Part shown: piece by piece, positions 29,156 to 42,278 of the stretch
How the letters are laid out: the number at the start of each line of letters is the position of its first letter
How positions within the stretch are numbered: position 1 is the first letter of the stretch
Assembly: GCA_965217185.1 (NCBI GenBank)
Contig: OZ244252.1
Span: 2,912,001-2,976,000, forward strand
From: an uncultured Candidatus Entotheonella sp.
Lineage (GTDB): Bacteria; Tectomicrobia; Entotheonellia; Entotheonellales; Entotheonellaceae
Direction of reading: 5' to 3'
DNA: 64,000 nt
Notes under the pieces: model-generated
What the model was told of the DNA's origin: nothing
Seen by the model: the letters and a program-made list of their open reading frames with translations, nothing else
The model's database searches: none
Program-made: the position numbers and the translations under genes

Positions 29156-29875
29156 CTATGCTCCCTGATGCCCGCCTTCCAGGTAGGCGGCGTGAATCCT
29201 CGGGTTGGCGAGCAACTCGACCCCGGTTCCGGCCATGATGACCTCGCCCGTGGCCATGACGTACCCCCGGTGCGCCAGCCGCAAGGCGTGATAGGCGTTC
29301 TGCTCGACCAGGAAAATGGTCACCCCCTGCTGCTCGTTGATCTCCTTGATGACCGCGAACAACTGCTTGACGATCATCGGGGCGAGGCCGAGCGACGGCT
29401 CGTCGAGCAACAGGAGCTTCGGACGGCTCATCAGGGCACGGCCGATGGCGAGCATCTGCTGCTCGCCGCCGGAGAGCGTGCCGCCCCGCTGGTTGCGCCG
29501 CTCTTGCAGCAACGGGAACAGATTGAAAACGCTCGCCATGTCGTCGTCGAAATAAGCGTCCTCGGTAGACAGGGCACCCATGCGCAGATTCTCGATAACC
29601 GTCATACGCGGAAAGATGCGTCGCCCTTCCGGCGCCTGAGCAACGCCTCGATGAATGATATCGTGGGTCGGCAGGTCGGTGATGTCCTGGTCGTCGAAAT
29701 AAATGCGCCCGCTGGCGGCGCGCGGGTTGCCGCAGATGGTCATCAGCAGCGTCGACTTGCCGGCCCCGTTGGCGCCGATGAGGGTGACGATCTCGCCCTC
29801 TTGCACCTCGATGTCAACGCCCTTCAGCGCCTCGATCTGGCCGTAAAACGTATGGACGCCCTGAATGTTCAGCAT
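29156..29875 (-). CDS. livF: Branched-chain amino acid ABC transporter ATPase
   Basis: GANGAGKST, PEGRRIF, LSGGEQQML and DEPSLGLAP. Confidence 0.93.
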   Translation of the reverse strand: MLNIQGVHTFYGQIEALKGVDIEVQEGEIVTLIGANGAGKSTLLMTICGNPRAASGRIYFDDQDITDLPTHDIIHRGVAQAPEGRRIFPRMTVIENLRMGALSTEDAYFDDDMASVFNLFPLLQERRNQRGGTLSGGEQQMLAIGRALMSRPKLLLLDEPSLGLAPMIVKQLFAVIKEINEQQGVTIFLVEQNAYHALRLAHRGYVMATGEVIMAGTGVELLANPRIHAAYLEGGHQGA

Positions 29876-30777
29876 CACGAGTCTCCGCCGCCCGGCAAAG
29901 CGCTGTCGTCCGTTGCTTCCGGCTGCGCCTGCATGGTGTCGCTGACCACGGGCGGCAGGTCGCCCTCCTCTTCCTCGCCGAGGTAGGCGCGGATGACCGC
30001 CGGGTCGTTGCGCACCTCGACCGGGGTGCCGTCGGCGATTTTGCGCCCGTAATCCAACACCACGATGTGGTCCGAGATGCCCATGACCACGTTCATGTCG
30101 TGCTCGATGAGCAGCAGGCCGATGCCTTGCTCGTCGCGGATGCTGCGCAGCATTTCGTTCAGCTCTGCGGATTCGCGCGGATTGAGGCCGGCGGCGGGCT
30201 CGTCGAGGCACAGCAGCAGCGGGTCGTTGCACATGCAGCGGGCGATTTCGAGCTTGCGCTGAGCGCCGTAGGGCAGATTGCCCGCCTCCCAGTCCGCGAC
30301 GTCCAGGAGTTGCACCTTGTCCAGCCACTCGCGCGCCTTGTCGACAGCGCGCCGCTCGGCGCGGCGGTAGCGCGGCAGCCCCAGCAGCCCGGCGACCGTG
30401 AACGCCGAGGCCCGCATGAGGGCGTTGTGCTGCGCCACGATCAGGTTCTCCAGGACGGTCATGCGGCCAAACAGCCGGATGTTCTGAAACGTCCGCGCCA
30501 CGCCGCCACGCTGCGCGATGCGAAACCCTTCCATGCGTTCCAGCAGCATCGTGCCGCTAGGGTGGTTCAGGGCGATGCGCCCGATGGTGGGCTTGTAGAA
30601 ACCGGTCAGGCAGTTGAAAACCGTCGTTTTGCCGGCGCCATTCGGGCCGATGATGGCGGTGATTTCCCCCTTCCTGGCCTCGAAGGACAGGTCGTCGATG
30701 GCCACAATGCCGCCGAAGCGCATGGTCATGTGCTCAACGGTCACCAGCACGCTGCTATCGCTCGCCGCTTGCGTCAT
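29875..30777 (-). CDS. livG: Branched-chain amino acid ABC transporter ATPase
   Basis: GPNGAGKTT, RTFQNIRLF, LPYGAQR, DEPAAGLN and IEHDM. Confidence 0.93.
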   Translation of the reverse strand: MTQAASDSSVLVTVEHMTMRFGGIVAIDDLSFEARKGEITAIIGPNGAGKTTVFNCLTGFYKPTIGRIALNHPSGTMLLERMEGFRIAQRGGVARTFQNIRLFGRMTVLENLIVAQHNALMRASAFTVAGLLGLPRYRRAERRAVDKAREWLDKVQLLDVADWEAGNLPYGAQRKLEIARCMCNDPLLLCLDEPAAGLNPRESAELNEMLRSIRDEQGIGLLLIEHDMNVVMGISDHIVVLDYGRKIADGTPVEVRNDPAVIRAYLGEEEEGDLPPVVSDTMQAQPEATDDSALPGGGDS

Positions 30778-32129
30778 GTCGCACCTCGTCCCCTGCCGTA
30801 GAGCAGCAGGGTCGGCTCGCGGTGGGCCAGCAGGCCGCGCGGGCGCCAGACCATGATGCCCACCATGGCGGCGCCGAACACCAGCATGCGGAACTGCGCC
30901 AGCTCGCGGCCCAACTCGGGCAGGACGATCAGCAGCGTCGCCGCCAGCACCACGCCGAGCTGGCTGCCCATGCCGCCCAGCACGACGATAGACAGGATGA
31001 TGGCCGACTCGATAAAGGTGAAACTCTCCGGGCTGATGAACCCCTGCCGGGTGGCGAAGAAGGCGCCCGCGAACCCCCCGAACAGCGCCCCCAGGCCGAA
31101 GGCCGTCAGCTTGGTGTTGGTCGGGTTGATGCCGAGCGACCGGCAGGCGATCTCGTCCTCGCGCAGCGCCTCCCAGCCGCGCCCGACGGGCAGCTTGCGA
31201 ATGCGCTGGGTAAACAAGTTGGTCAGCAGGGCCAGCCCCAGGATGAGGAAATACAGGAAGATCACCCGGTGCTCGCCGGAGTAGGGGATGTCGAAGTATT
31301 GATGAAACGCCGTGATGTCCTCGGTCGGACGGCGGGTGAATTCAAGGCCGAGAAAGGTCGGGCGGGGGATGCGGGATATGCCGTCGGGGCCGTTGGTGAC
31401 CTCGTACCAGTTGAGCAGGATGAGCCGGATGATCTCGCCGAAGCCGAGCGTCACGATGGCCAGGTAGTCGCCGCGCAGCCGCAGCACCGGAAAGCCGAGC
31501 AGCACGCCCGCCAGGGCCGCGAACACGCCGGCCAGGGGCAGGCAAATCCAGAAGGACAATCCGAATTCCGTGGACAGCAGGGCGTAGGAATAGGCGCCGA
31601 CCGCGTAGAAGGCCACGTAGCCCAGGTCCAGCAGGCCGGCCAGACCGACCACGATGTTCAGCCCCCAGCCGAGCATGACGTAGATGAGGACGGTGGTTGC
31701 CGTGTCGATGAGGTAGCGGTTGGAAAACGGCATGAACGGCATGACGATGGCGATGGCCAGAATGACGATGCCGATGGTTGTGGAACCTTGCGAGGCGCCG
31801 CGTGCGATGCGGTCCATCAAGCCAGGGCCGCCGTCACCGCGAGGCAGGCCGCCGCGGCGCTCGCGCAGCACGATCAGCACGATGCGGCCGAGGAACACAA
31901 ACGCCACGGGGACAATGACGAAGAGGGGTCGGAACTCAAGGCTGAGCCCGGTGACGGCTTCGGTGGTCCTGAAGCCGCCCATCGGCAGCGCCAGCATCAA
32001 GGCGACGAACGCCGCCAGCCCCGCCTCTTTGCCCATGTCGGCCAGCGAGCTTCTGCGGCCTCCGTCCGGCGCCGGCGCTCCGGAAGGCTCCGCCGCGGTG
32101 GCGCCGCCGGGCAAAGGGTGCTCTGCCAT
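30774..32129 (-). CDS. livM: Branched-chain amino acid ABC transporter permease
   Basis: GLNIVVGLAGLLDLGYVAFY, LRLRGDYLAIVTLGFGEI and VVLGGMGS. Confidence 0.93.
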   Translation of the reverse strand: MAEHPLPGGATAAEPSGAPAPDGGRRSSLADMGKEAGLAAFVALMLALPMGGFRTTEAVTGLSLEFRPLFVIVPVAFVFLGRIVLIVLRERRGGLPRGDGGPGLMDRIARGASQGSTTIGIVILAIAIVMPFMPFSNRYLIDTATTVLIYVMLGWGLNIVVGLAGLLDLGYVAFYAVGAYSYALLSTEFGLSFWICLPLAGVFAALAGVLLGFPVLRLRGDYLAIVTLGFGEIIRLILLNWYEVTNGPDGISRIPRPTFLGLEFTRRPTEDITAFHQYFDIPYSGEHRVIFLYFLILGLALLTNLFTQRIRKLPVGRGWEALREDEIACRSLGINPTNTKLTAFGLGALFGGFAGAFFATRQGFISPESFTFIESAIILSIVVLGGMGSQLGVVLAATLLIVLPELGRELAQFRMLVFGAAMVGIMVWRPRGLLAHREPTLLLYGRGRGAT

Positions 32130-32133
32130 CGTC

Positions 32134-33048
<915 letters not shown>

Positions 33049-33180
33049 GAGGTATGCAGGGGGTCTGTTGTTTGGATGGAAACATCAATGCCAACGTACG
33101 AGTCTGGCATAGTATCGCAAAACCGGAGGCGGTTCCAATAAGCCGCGAATGGGTCACGGACTTGCAAGAAACCCCTCACC

Positions 33181-34203
33181 CTACGGCTTGTCGGCAAGCA
33201 CCAGCGCCAGATGCGTGGGCAACGGAATTTGCCGGGTGTTGGTGAAGCCCTCGTCGGCCAGCCAGCCCGCCACCTCGTCGCCAAAGCGGTCGCCGGCGCC
33301 GGGATCGAAAGCCACCACCACGTACATGTCCATCATGGTGTCCAGGAAGCTGCGCGCGGCGCTGTGGTCGACGCGCATGAAATCCTGCACGATGACCAGG
33401 CCGCCCGGCTTGAGGGCGCCGAGCGCACGGCGAAACACTTCCCGACACGCCGCTTCGGATTTGATCAGCACCACCCCGGAAATCAGCACCACGTCATAAT
33501 CGCTCGCCAGCTCGATCGTGTTGAAATCGCCCGGCACCAGGGTGATGCGGTCCTGCAGCCTCGCCGCCTCGACCAGCGGCCGGGCGACCGCCAACGGCTC
33601 CACCTGATCGACCACGTCGGCGCGCAATTCCGGGTTGGCGGCACACAAGGCGATGCTGTAACTGGCCGCGCCGCCGCCGAGGTCGAGCATCTTGCGCCGG
33701 GCGTCGAGCGCCACACTCTGCACCAGGTAGTCGCCCTGACCGGCGGTGGCGCGGTTGTGCTGGCCGCGCATGTAGTCGGTCCAGTAGGTCGGCGCGTCCA
33801 CGAAGCCGTTCTCGAACGGCAACTCGGTGCGCCCCTCCTTGATGAGCTGGTCGAGCTTGCCCCAGGTGTGCCAGTAATTGGTGATGTGCAACACCAGATC
33901 GCCCACGTAGGTCGGCTTGTCCGGCACCAGGAACGCCGCCGCCTGCGCCGAGTCGGTATAGCGTTCACCCTGCTTGTCCAGCAGCCCCAGCGCCGCGCAG
34001 GCCTCCAGGAAGGCTTCCATGAAGCGCCGGTTGGCGTCGCACGCCTGCGCCACGTCGTCGCACGACAGGACTTGATGCTGCAGCAGGGAAAAGACGTTCA
34101 GCTTGATACCCGCGCGCAGCACCGCCGAGTTCCAGAAGTTGCGGCTCATCTCGTTGACGCGCTCGGCGGCAAGGTTTTCTACCGGTGGGCGATGCTCGGT
34201 CAT
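33181..34203 (-). CDS. SAM-dependent O-methyltransferase (dimerisation + Methyltransf_2 domains)
   Basis: LDLGGGAASY, GDF and ALKPGG; N-terminal winged-helix dimerisation pattern. Confidence 0.85.
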   Translation of the reverse strand: MTEHRPPVENLAAERVNEMSRNFWNSAVLRAGIKLNVFSLLQHQVLSCDDVAQACDANRRFMEAFLEACAALGLLDKQGERYTDSAQAAAFLVPDKPTYVGDLVLHITNYWHTWGKLDQLIKEGRTELPFENGFVDAPTYWTDYMRGQHNRATAGQGDYLVQSVALDARRKMLDLGGGAASYSIALCAANPELRADVVDQVEPLAVARPLVEAARLQDRITLVPGDFNTIELASDYDVVLISGVVLIKSEAACREVFRRALGALKPGGLVIVQDFMRVDHSAARSFLDTMMDMYVVVAFDPGAGDRFGDEVAGWLADEGFTNTRQIPLPTHLALVLADKP

Positions 34204-34433
34204 GGCGTTCCTTTTCGAGGTCGGAAATGGGAGTGGGTGTTGTGGAATTGGTTCCGGTTGTAGCACGACTCGCCGGGAGGCGTCAAACCGCTACGCCATG
34301 CGGCGCGGGGGGCAAATTGACACCCCGTGCGCCTGCGTGATAGCTTCGTGGCCCACGAGCTTGCCGGTCCCGGCAGACACTTTTGCGACCCCACGAATCC
34401 GACCCCATTTGCCGTCTGGAGACAATCACCATT

Positions 34434-35414
34434 ATGAAAGCCATCACCTTCGCCACCCACGGGGGGCCCGACGTGCTGCGCCTGGAGGACGTCGCCGAGC
34501 CCACCCCCACCGCCGACGAATTGCTGGTGCGCGTGCGGGCCAGCGCCCTGAACCGCGCCGATACCATGCAGCGCCGCGGCCACTACCCGCCGCCGCCCGG
34601 CGAGTCGGACATCCTCGGCCTGGAACTCGCCGGCGAGGTTGAGGCGATCGGCGCCAACGCCTCGGGCTTCAAGCCGGGCGACCGCGTATTCGGCCTGGTC
34701 GGCGGCGGCGGCTACGCCGAGAAGGCGTGCATCGATTACCGGATGGCCATGCCGATTCCGGACGGTTGGGACTTCGTGAAGGCGGCGGCGGTGCCCGAGG
34801 TCTTTTTCACCGCCAACGAGACCCTGTTCACCCTGGGGCGGCTGGACGCGGGGGAGACCGTGCTCATTCACGCCGGCGCCAGCGGGGTGGGAACCGCCGG
34901 CATCCAGATGGCAAGACAGGCGGGGGCTCGGGTGCTGGTCACGGTGGGGTCGGAGGAAAAGGTGGCGCGCACGGAGGCGCTGGGGGCCGAGGCGGGCATC
35001 AACTACAAAACAACCGATTTTGCGGCACGAGTGCTGGAGCTGACCGACGGCGCCGGCGTCGACCTGGTGCAGGATTTCATCGGCGCTGCCTACTGGCAAA
35101 ACAACCTGAAATGCCTGAAAACGGCCGGCCGCCTGGTGCTGGTCGGCCTGATGGGCGGCGCCAAGGTGGAGGTCGACCTCGGCCTCATCATGCGCAAGCG
35201 CTTGCAGGTCATCGGCTCGGTGATGCGCAGCCAGCCGCTGGCGAACAAAATCGCCATCACCGAGCGTTTCCGCAGCCGCTGGCTCCCCGAGCTCGAAAGC
35301 GGCCGCCTTCAGCCCCTCATTGATACCTCGTTCCCGCTCGCCGAGGCCGCCGCGGCGCACCAGTACATGGAAGACAACCGCAACGTCGGCAAGATCATGC
35401 TGGTGATGGATTAG
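34434..35414 (+). CDS. NAD(P)H-quinone oxidoreductase, PIG3/zeta-crystallin family
   Basis: NRADTMQRRG.YPPPPG, GLELAG, HAGASGVG and GKIML. Confidence 0.92.
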   Translation: MKAITFATHGGPDVLRLEDVAEPTPTADELLVRVRASALNRADTMQRRGHYPPPPGESDILGLELAGEVEAIGANASGFKPGDRVFGLVGGGGYAEKACIDYRMAMPIPDGWDFVKAAAVPEVFFTANETLFTLGRLDAGETVLIHAGASGVGTAGIQMARQAGARVLVTVGSEEKVARTEALGAEAGINYKTTDFAARVLELTDGAGVDLVQDFIGAAYWQNNLKCLKTAGRLVLVGLMGGAKVEVDLGLIMRKRLQVIGSVMRSQPLANKIAITERFRSRWLPELESGRLQPLIDTSFPLAEAAAAHQYMEDNRNVGKIMLVMD

Positions 35415-36131
35415 AGCACTTTCGGATCAGGACGAATTGCAACCCGGGCAATTCCCCCTCACTACTCCAACGCTCTCCATTCAAGAGAGGGAGTAAACCC
35501 CCTCGACGTCGCCCGGGCAGTTGATCGAGGTCAGCTGCGGTGGTCCGGGTCCGATGGCGGGTCGGCTCGCTGCCTGCCATGCGGATTTTGGAGAGGTTGT
35601 CAGGGCATGGAGGAGGGCTGGATTTGAAGCGATCGCGTGTTGAAATTCCTCGATGCGGCGATATGACGCCAGACACAAAAGAGCCGCACGTGGCTTCTAC
35701 CACCCCGCACGGCTCTCGGTGCTGCGACTTACCATCGCTGCGCAACCACGCAGCAAGGGACAGTATACATTATGGGAAGTTTCCCCCTCACCCCCTAAAC
35801 TGGGTGCCTCGGAGGGATTTTTTAATACCCGAAGGCAGCACAAAGGTTCTTATCGGAAGTTGACGAAAACGGGGGAAGAAAAGCGATGGTACGTGACGAC
35901 GACAGGCTGAATTGCCCGCTACCGACGTTCTGGAACGCTGCTTTGCAGGGCCGGGGTGGAAGCGTATGAACGCGGGGTGATCACGCCGCTGCCAGGCGTG
36001 AATGGCGCCCGCTGGCCGAGCTGGGCGTTGCCGATGTCAACTGTGGACTTTTACTACTTCCGTTGACATGATTGCGCAGTACTTTTTCAGAGGGTAACGA
36101 CTCGTGCCTTTAAGGCGTCAGGAGGATCATC

Positions 36132-36596
36132 ATAATACAGGCCCGCAAACTCGGTCACGTGGTGCTGAAAGTACGTGATGTACAAGCGTCCAAAACATTT
36201 TATACCCGCGTGCTTGGGTTACAGGTGGCCCATGAAGATCGCCAACGGGGCGCGGTGTTCCTGAGCTTTGGCACGGAGCACCACGATCTTGCCTTGTTCC
36301 AACTGGCCACGGGAGATACGCCCACGGCCACGCAGCTCGGCCTGCATCATACGGCCTGGCAGCTCGAGAGCTTCGAGGCGCTGCAGGATGCCTATCGGGA
36401 ACTGGGCCAGCTTGGCATTGCGGTTGAGTCCACCGTCGAACACAACGTGACCCGCAGTGTCTACTTCCATGATCCGGATGGCAACCGGGTGGAACTCTAC
36501 TGCGATATGGTGCCGAATGGCTTTGAAGCCATGCAGACGCTCGGCCCCGTTCGTATACCCTTGAACATGGAGACGGGCGAGACCGTCAGCCAGTAA
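36132..36596 (+). CDS. VOC (glyoxalase/extradiol dioxygenase-like) protein
   Basis: KLGHVVLKVRD, HHDLAL, GLHHTAW and SVYFHDPDGNRVEL. Start uncertain: ATA at 36132 follows an AGGAGG SD; first canonical start is GTG 36159. Confidence 0.85.
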   Translation: MIQARKLGHVVLKVRDVQASKTFYTRVLGLQVAHEDRQRGAVFLSFGTEHHDLALFQLATGDTPTATQLGLHHTAWQLESFEALQDAYRELGQLGIAVESTVEHNVTRSVYFHDPDGNRVELYCDMVPNGFEAMQTLGPVRIPLNMETGETVSQ

Positions 36597-36671
36597 TCGC
36601 ATCATTGTCTGAACCCCTCCGGGACACGCCTCGGAGAAATTTTTGCACCTGAAGACGACATAAGACACATT

Positions 36672-36720
36672 ACAAGAAACTGAGGCCGTCCCGGATCCTG
36701 GGATGGCCTCAGTTTCTTGT
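36672..36720. terminator. Long hairpin between convergent genes (terminator-like)
   Basis: acaagaaactgaggccgtccc-ggatcct-gggatggcctcagtttcttgt; 21-bp stem with one G-U pair. Confidence 0.7.
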
Positions 36721-36870
36721 GGGCACAGGAAAGGCCATAGGTCCGATCGGCCTCGGGTCGATATTGGCACAGTGCGCGGGGATGCACGTCTTGCCGCTGA
36801 AGCTTCGACTTGTCGGCGGGGTGGCTGATGTTTTACCGGCGCATTCAGATACGGAAATGCTCCAGGCGGG

Positions 36871-37758
36871 TTACGACGCAGCTACGCCAGCAGGCTCGCG
36901 CAGACCGGCGAACAGGTCCCATTCGGGGCTGCTGTGCGGCACGTGCGACGCCACGCAGACGAAGCACTCGTGGGCGAATTTCTCGCGCTGCACCTCGGGC
37001 GGAATGCGCCTGAACCACCAATTCGGCGCGATCTGGCTGCGGTGGCAGCGCAACGCCTCCGTCTTGAGCGCGAGATAGTCGCGCACCTCGATACGCGTCG
37101 TGATTTCTTCGTCCGCTGTGCCGCCCACCTTGTTCGGATCGAAATCCGGCCGGTCCATCGGCGACTCGACACCCATCGAGCGCATGACCTCGTAGCGCAT
37201 CAGGATGTAGGAACGCGGGTAGGACGTGTAATAAAGCTTCTGCGGCTGCCACGGCGCCAGCCCGTCCTCGGGGTATTGCGCGGGGTCCCCGGCAGCATGA
37301 AAGGCCGCGACGGTCGTGCGGTTGACTTGAATGTGATCCGGATGCCCGTAGCCGCCGTTCTCGTTGTAGCAGGTCACCACGTGCGGGCGGCACTGCCGCA
37401 TCAGGCGCACCAGCCGTCCGGTTGCCTCGTGCAGGTCGGCCTGGTGGAAACAGTCGGGGTGGTCGTTGGCCGGCGTTCCGGCCATGCCGGAATCGCGGTA
37501 GTTGAGCAGGTGCAACTCCCCGATCTGCAGGTGCTGGCACGCCTTTTCGAGTTCCGCCACGCGCACGTCGGCGAGTTTCGGCCGCACCTCGTCGGGGTCC
37601 ATTTCCGGGTCCACGATCTCGCCCTCCTCGCCCCGCGTCGCGGTGACCAGGATGGTGTGTACGCCCTCCTCGCGGTAGCGAGCCAAGCTGCCGCCGGTAC
37701 TCATGCATTCGTCGTCCGGATGGGCATGCACCGCCATCAGGGTCAGTCGTTCGGTCAT
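36871..37758 (-). CDS. PIG-L family deacetylase/amidase, Mca/MshB-like
   Basis: VHAHPDDE, TRGEEGE, YRDSGMAG, GGYGHPDH and HRSQ. Confidence 0.9.
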   Translation of the reverse strand: MTERLTLMAVHAHPDDECMSTGGSLARYREEGVHTILVTATRGEEGEIVDPEMDPDEVRPKLADVRVAELEKACQHLQIGELHLLNYRDSGMAGTPANDHPDCFHQADLHEATGRLVRLMRQCRPHVVTCYNENGGYGHPDHIQVNRTTVAAFHAAGDPAQYPEDGLAPWQPQKLYYTSYPRSYILMRYEVMRSMGVESPMDRPDFDPNKVGGTADEEITTRIEVRDYLALKTEALRCHRSQIAPNWWFRRIPPEVQREKFAHECFVCVASHVPHSSPEWDLFAGLREPAGVAAS

Positions 37759-37931
37759 TCATTCTCTCCTTGAACTAGGTCGTTTCCAAGCCGGGGATTA
37801 GGGCTGGAAGTGTAACAGGTCCGTCGAAAAAATGCGCCCGGCGTTCCCTTTCACAGGCGGGTTGAGTACAATAGCCGCGGCCAAAAAAAGGCCACCGGCG
37901 CAATCATCGACAGGACGGAACCCTGCACGCC

Positions 37932-38495
37932 ATGGAACACGTTCTCCTGCTCAATGCCTCCTTCGAACCCCTGCGCATCCTGAACTGGAAACGCGCTTTG
38001 ACGCTCTATTTCGCCGGCAAGGCGGAGATCGTCGAGGAGTACGCCCGCGAGATTCACAGTGTCAGCCTCACCCTGCGCTTGCCAGCGGTTATCCGGCTGC
38101 ACAAGCTGGTGCGCGCCCAGCCGCGCGGCGTCAAGTTTTCCCGCCAGAACATCTACGCCCGTGACCACTACGCCTGCCAGTACTGCGGCGCCATGCCGCC
38201 GCCGAGCGAGTTGACCTACGACCACGTGCTGCCGCGCGTGCTCGGCGGCCTCACCGAGTGGACGAACATCGTGACCTGCTGTCTGGCCTGCAACCGCCGC
38301 AAGGGCGGCAAGACCCTGGAGAACTGTGGCCTGCGCCTGAAGCGGCTGCCCCGCAAGCCCGCCTGGCAGTCCCACGCCATCATGGCGGCGAGCTTGCGCA
38401 ATCCGCCTGAGAGCTGGCATGACTACTTGAAGTGGTACGCCGCCTCCGAAAGAGACGCGCCGGCGGCCTCTGAAGCAGTTCTCGGGGCATCCTGA
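37932..38495 (+). CDS. HNH endonuclease (McrA-like)
   Basis: VLLLNASFEPL, SRQNIYARD..CQYCG, TYDHVLPR..GG..W.N.VTCC..CNRRKG. Confidence 0.9.
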   Translation: MEHVLLLNASFEPLRILNWKRALTLYFAGKAEIVEEYAREIHSVSLTLRLPAVIRLHKLVRAQPRGVKFSRQNIYARDHYACQYCGAMPPPSELTYDHVLPRVLGGLTEWTNIVTCCLACNRRKGGKTLENCGLRLKRLPRKPAWQSHAIMAASLRNPPESWHDYLKWYAASERDAPAASEAVLGAS

Positions 38496-38519
38496 CGACA
38501 ACTGATTTTGTCGCTGTCC

Positions 38520-38576
38520 TTGACAAAAAAGGCCGCACCCGTTTATCGTCTAGCACTCAACTTCCTAGAGTGCTAA
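38520..38576 (+). promoter_or_regulatory. Sigma70-type promoter and CIRCE (HrcA operator) of groESL
   Basis: TTGACA at 38520. cTAGCACTC-N9-GAGTGCTAA at 38550-38576 has one mismatch to the CIRCE consensus. Confidence 0.92.
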
Positions 38577-38696
38577 TAATTGCAAACGCAATGCACGGAG
38601 TCGCGGCCGCCTCGCTTCCGCAGGGCGTCAGTTCTTTGCCGCAAGCGATGCACGCCGCTTACCCATCTCCCAAACATGATGAGGAGAACTTGAGTT

Positions 38697-40651
<1,955 letters not shown>

Positions 40652-40669
40652 CCCTAAGCCATCGTGCCA

Positions 40670-40707
40670 GGAGAAGGGAGGGGCGGTTCAGCCGTTCCTC
40701 CCTTCTC
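40670..40707 (+). terminator. Hairpin downstream of groEL
   Basis: gagaagggaggg-cgg-ttca-gccg-ttcctcccttctc; no U-tract. Confidence 0.45.
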
Positions 40708-40745
40708 GCCCTCCGCAAGGCTGTCCACCCAAAGGAGAGCGTCCC

Positions 40746-42224
40746 ATGCTAAACACGACCCCGTTGCCCCGCCGGGCCAGCACCCTTGCCGCCGGGGTAT
40801 TTGCTGCGCTGTTGCTCGCCTGCACCGTGTGTCTGGAACCGCTGGCGGCAGCACAACTTTGGAAGGAGGGCAGCAGCGTTGAGTTTGAGCAGCCGCAGGT
40901 GCCGTCCTTCACCGAAGCGGCCAAAACCTTAAAACCCGCCGTCGTCAACATCAGCAGCCGCAGAACCGCCCCCACCGAACAACACTCACGACGCCGGCGG
41001 CCGTTTCCCTTCGGCGGCGAGGACCCCTTCCAGGAATTTTTCGACCGCTTCTTCGGTGAACAGCGCCGTCCGCGCCATCGCCCCAGCTTGGGCACCGGAT
41101 TCATCATCAACACCAACGGCTACATCGTGACCAACAACCACGTGGTGGAAGAAGCAGACGAAATCACCGTGACGCTGGCGTCGAAGGAGGAGTTCGAGGC
41201 GACCCTGATCGGGCGCGACCCCAAGACGGACTTGGCGCTCCTGCGCGTCGACACTCCGCTGCCCCTGCCTACTGTGCCGTTCGGCGACTCCGAAAACCTG
41301 GAGGTCGGCGAATGGGTGCTGGCTATCGGCAACCCCTTCGGCCTAGGCCACACTGTTACCGCGGGCATCGTCAGCGCCAAAGGCCGCACCATCGGCGCCG
41401 GGCCGTACGACGACTTCATCCAGACCGACGCCTCGATCAATCCGGGCAATAGCGGCGGCCCGCTTTTCAACATGCGCGGCGAGGTCATCGGCATCAACAC
41501 GGCCATCATGCGCAGCGGCCAGGGCATCGGTTTTGCCATCCCGATCAACATGGCCAAGAACGTCCTCAGTCAGTTGTACGACAAGGGCAACGTGACGCGC
41601 GGCTGGCTGGGCGTGGCCATTCAGAGCATCGCGCCTGAAATGCTTGATGCTTTCAAGCTCGATGACGCCAACGGCGCTCTGGTATCCGGCATCGTCACCG
41701 ACGCACCGGCAGACAAGGCTGGCCTGCAGCAGGGCGACGTGATCGTCGGCTTTCACGGCAGCGAGGTGGAGGATTCCAGCACCCTGCCGGGTCTGGTGGC
41801 CGTTGTGGCGCCGGGAACCACCGTAGACGTGGAAATCATCCGCGACGGCCAGCGCATGACCATCCCGGTCACGCTCGGTGAACTCGAGGAAGACGAGGCC
41901 GCGCGGATCGCCAGCCTGGAGCCGTCGGGCGTGGTAGAACTTCTGGGCATACAGGTCGAGGCGATTACCGAGGACATGGCCCGCGAACTGCGGATTGATG
42001 ACGACCGCGGCGTTGTGGTGACGGACGTTGCGGACGAAAGCCCCGCCGCCAACGCCGGCATCCAGCCGGGCGACATCGTCCGCGAAGTGAACCGCCAAAC
42101 GGTCGAGGACCTGGATGCCTATGAGGCGGCCACCGCCCAGATCGAGGACGGCGAACCCGTGCTGCTGCTGCTCGAACGCCGCGGCAATCATCTCTACGTG
42201 GCACTCAGACCCGAAAGGAATTAA
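40746..42224 (+). CDS. DegP/DegQ (HtrA) serine protease with two PDZ domains
   Basis: Signal peptide; TNNHVV, DLALL and INPGNSGGPL triad; RGWLGV; two PDZ-like repeats. Confidence 0.95.
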   Translation: MLNTTPLPRRASTLAAGVFAALLLACTVCLEPLAAAQLWKEGSSVEFEQPQVPSFTEAAKTLKPAVVNISSRRTAPTEQHSRRRRPFPFGGEDPFQEFFDRFFGEQRRPRHRPSLGTGFIINTNGYIVTNNHVVEEADEITVTLASKEEFEATLIGRDPKTDLALLRVDTPLPLPTVPFGDSENLEVGEWVLAIGNPFGLGHTVTAGIVSAKGRTIGAGPYDDFIQTDASINPGNSGGPLFNMRGEVIGINTAIMRSGQGIGFAIPINMAKNVLSQLYDKGNVTRGWLGVAIQSIAPEMLDAFKLDDANGALVSGIVTDAPADKAGLQQGDVIVGFHGSEVEDSSTLPGLVAVVAPGTTVDVEIIRDGQRMTIPVTLGELEEDEAARIASLEPSGVVELLGIQVEAITEDMARELRIDDDRGVVVTDVADESPAANAGIQPGDIVREVNRQTVEDLDAYEAATAQIEDGEPVLLLLERRGNHLYVALRPERN

Positions 42225-42278
42225 GGTGGGGGCAACACGCTGCATTGCAATACCGGTTGGTAAGGAGGACATCCATTG

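Noticed and set aside
37932..38495. HNH nuclease as part of a restriction or defence system
   Set aside because: It is a stand-alone member of a widespread family, with host-like composition and no methylase or defence neighbours.
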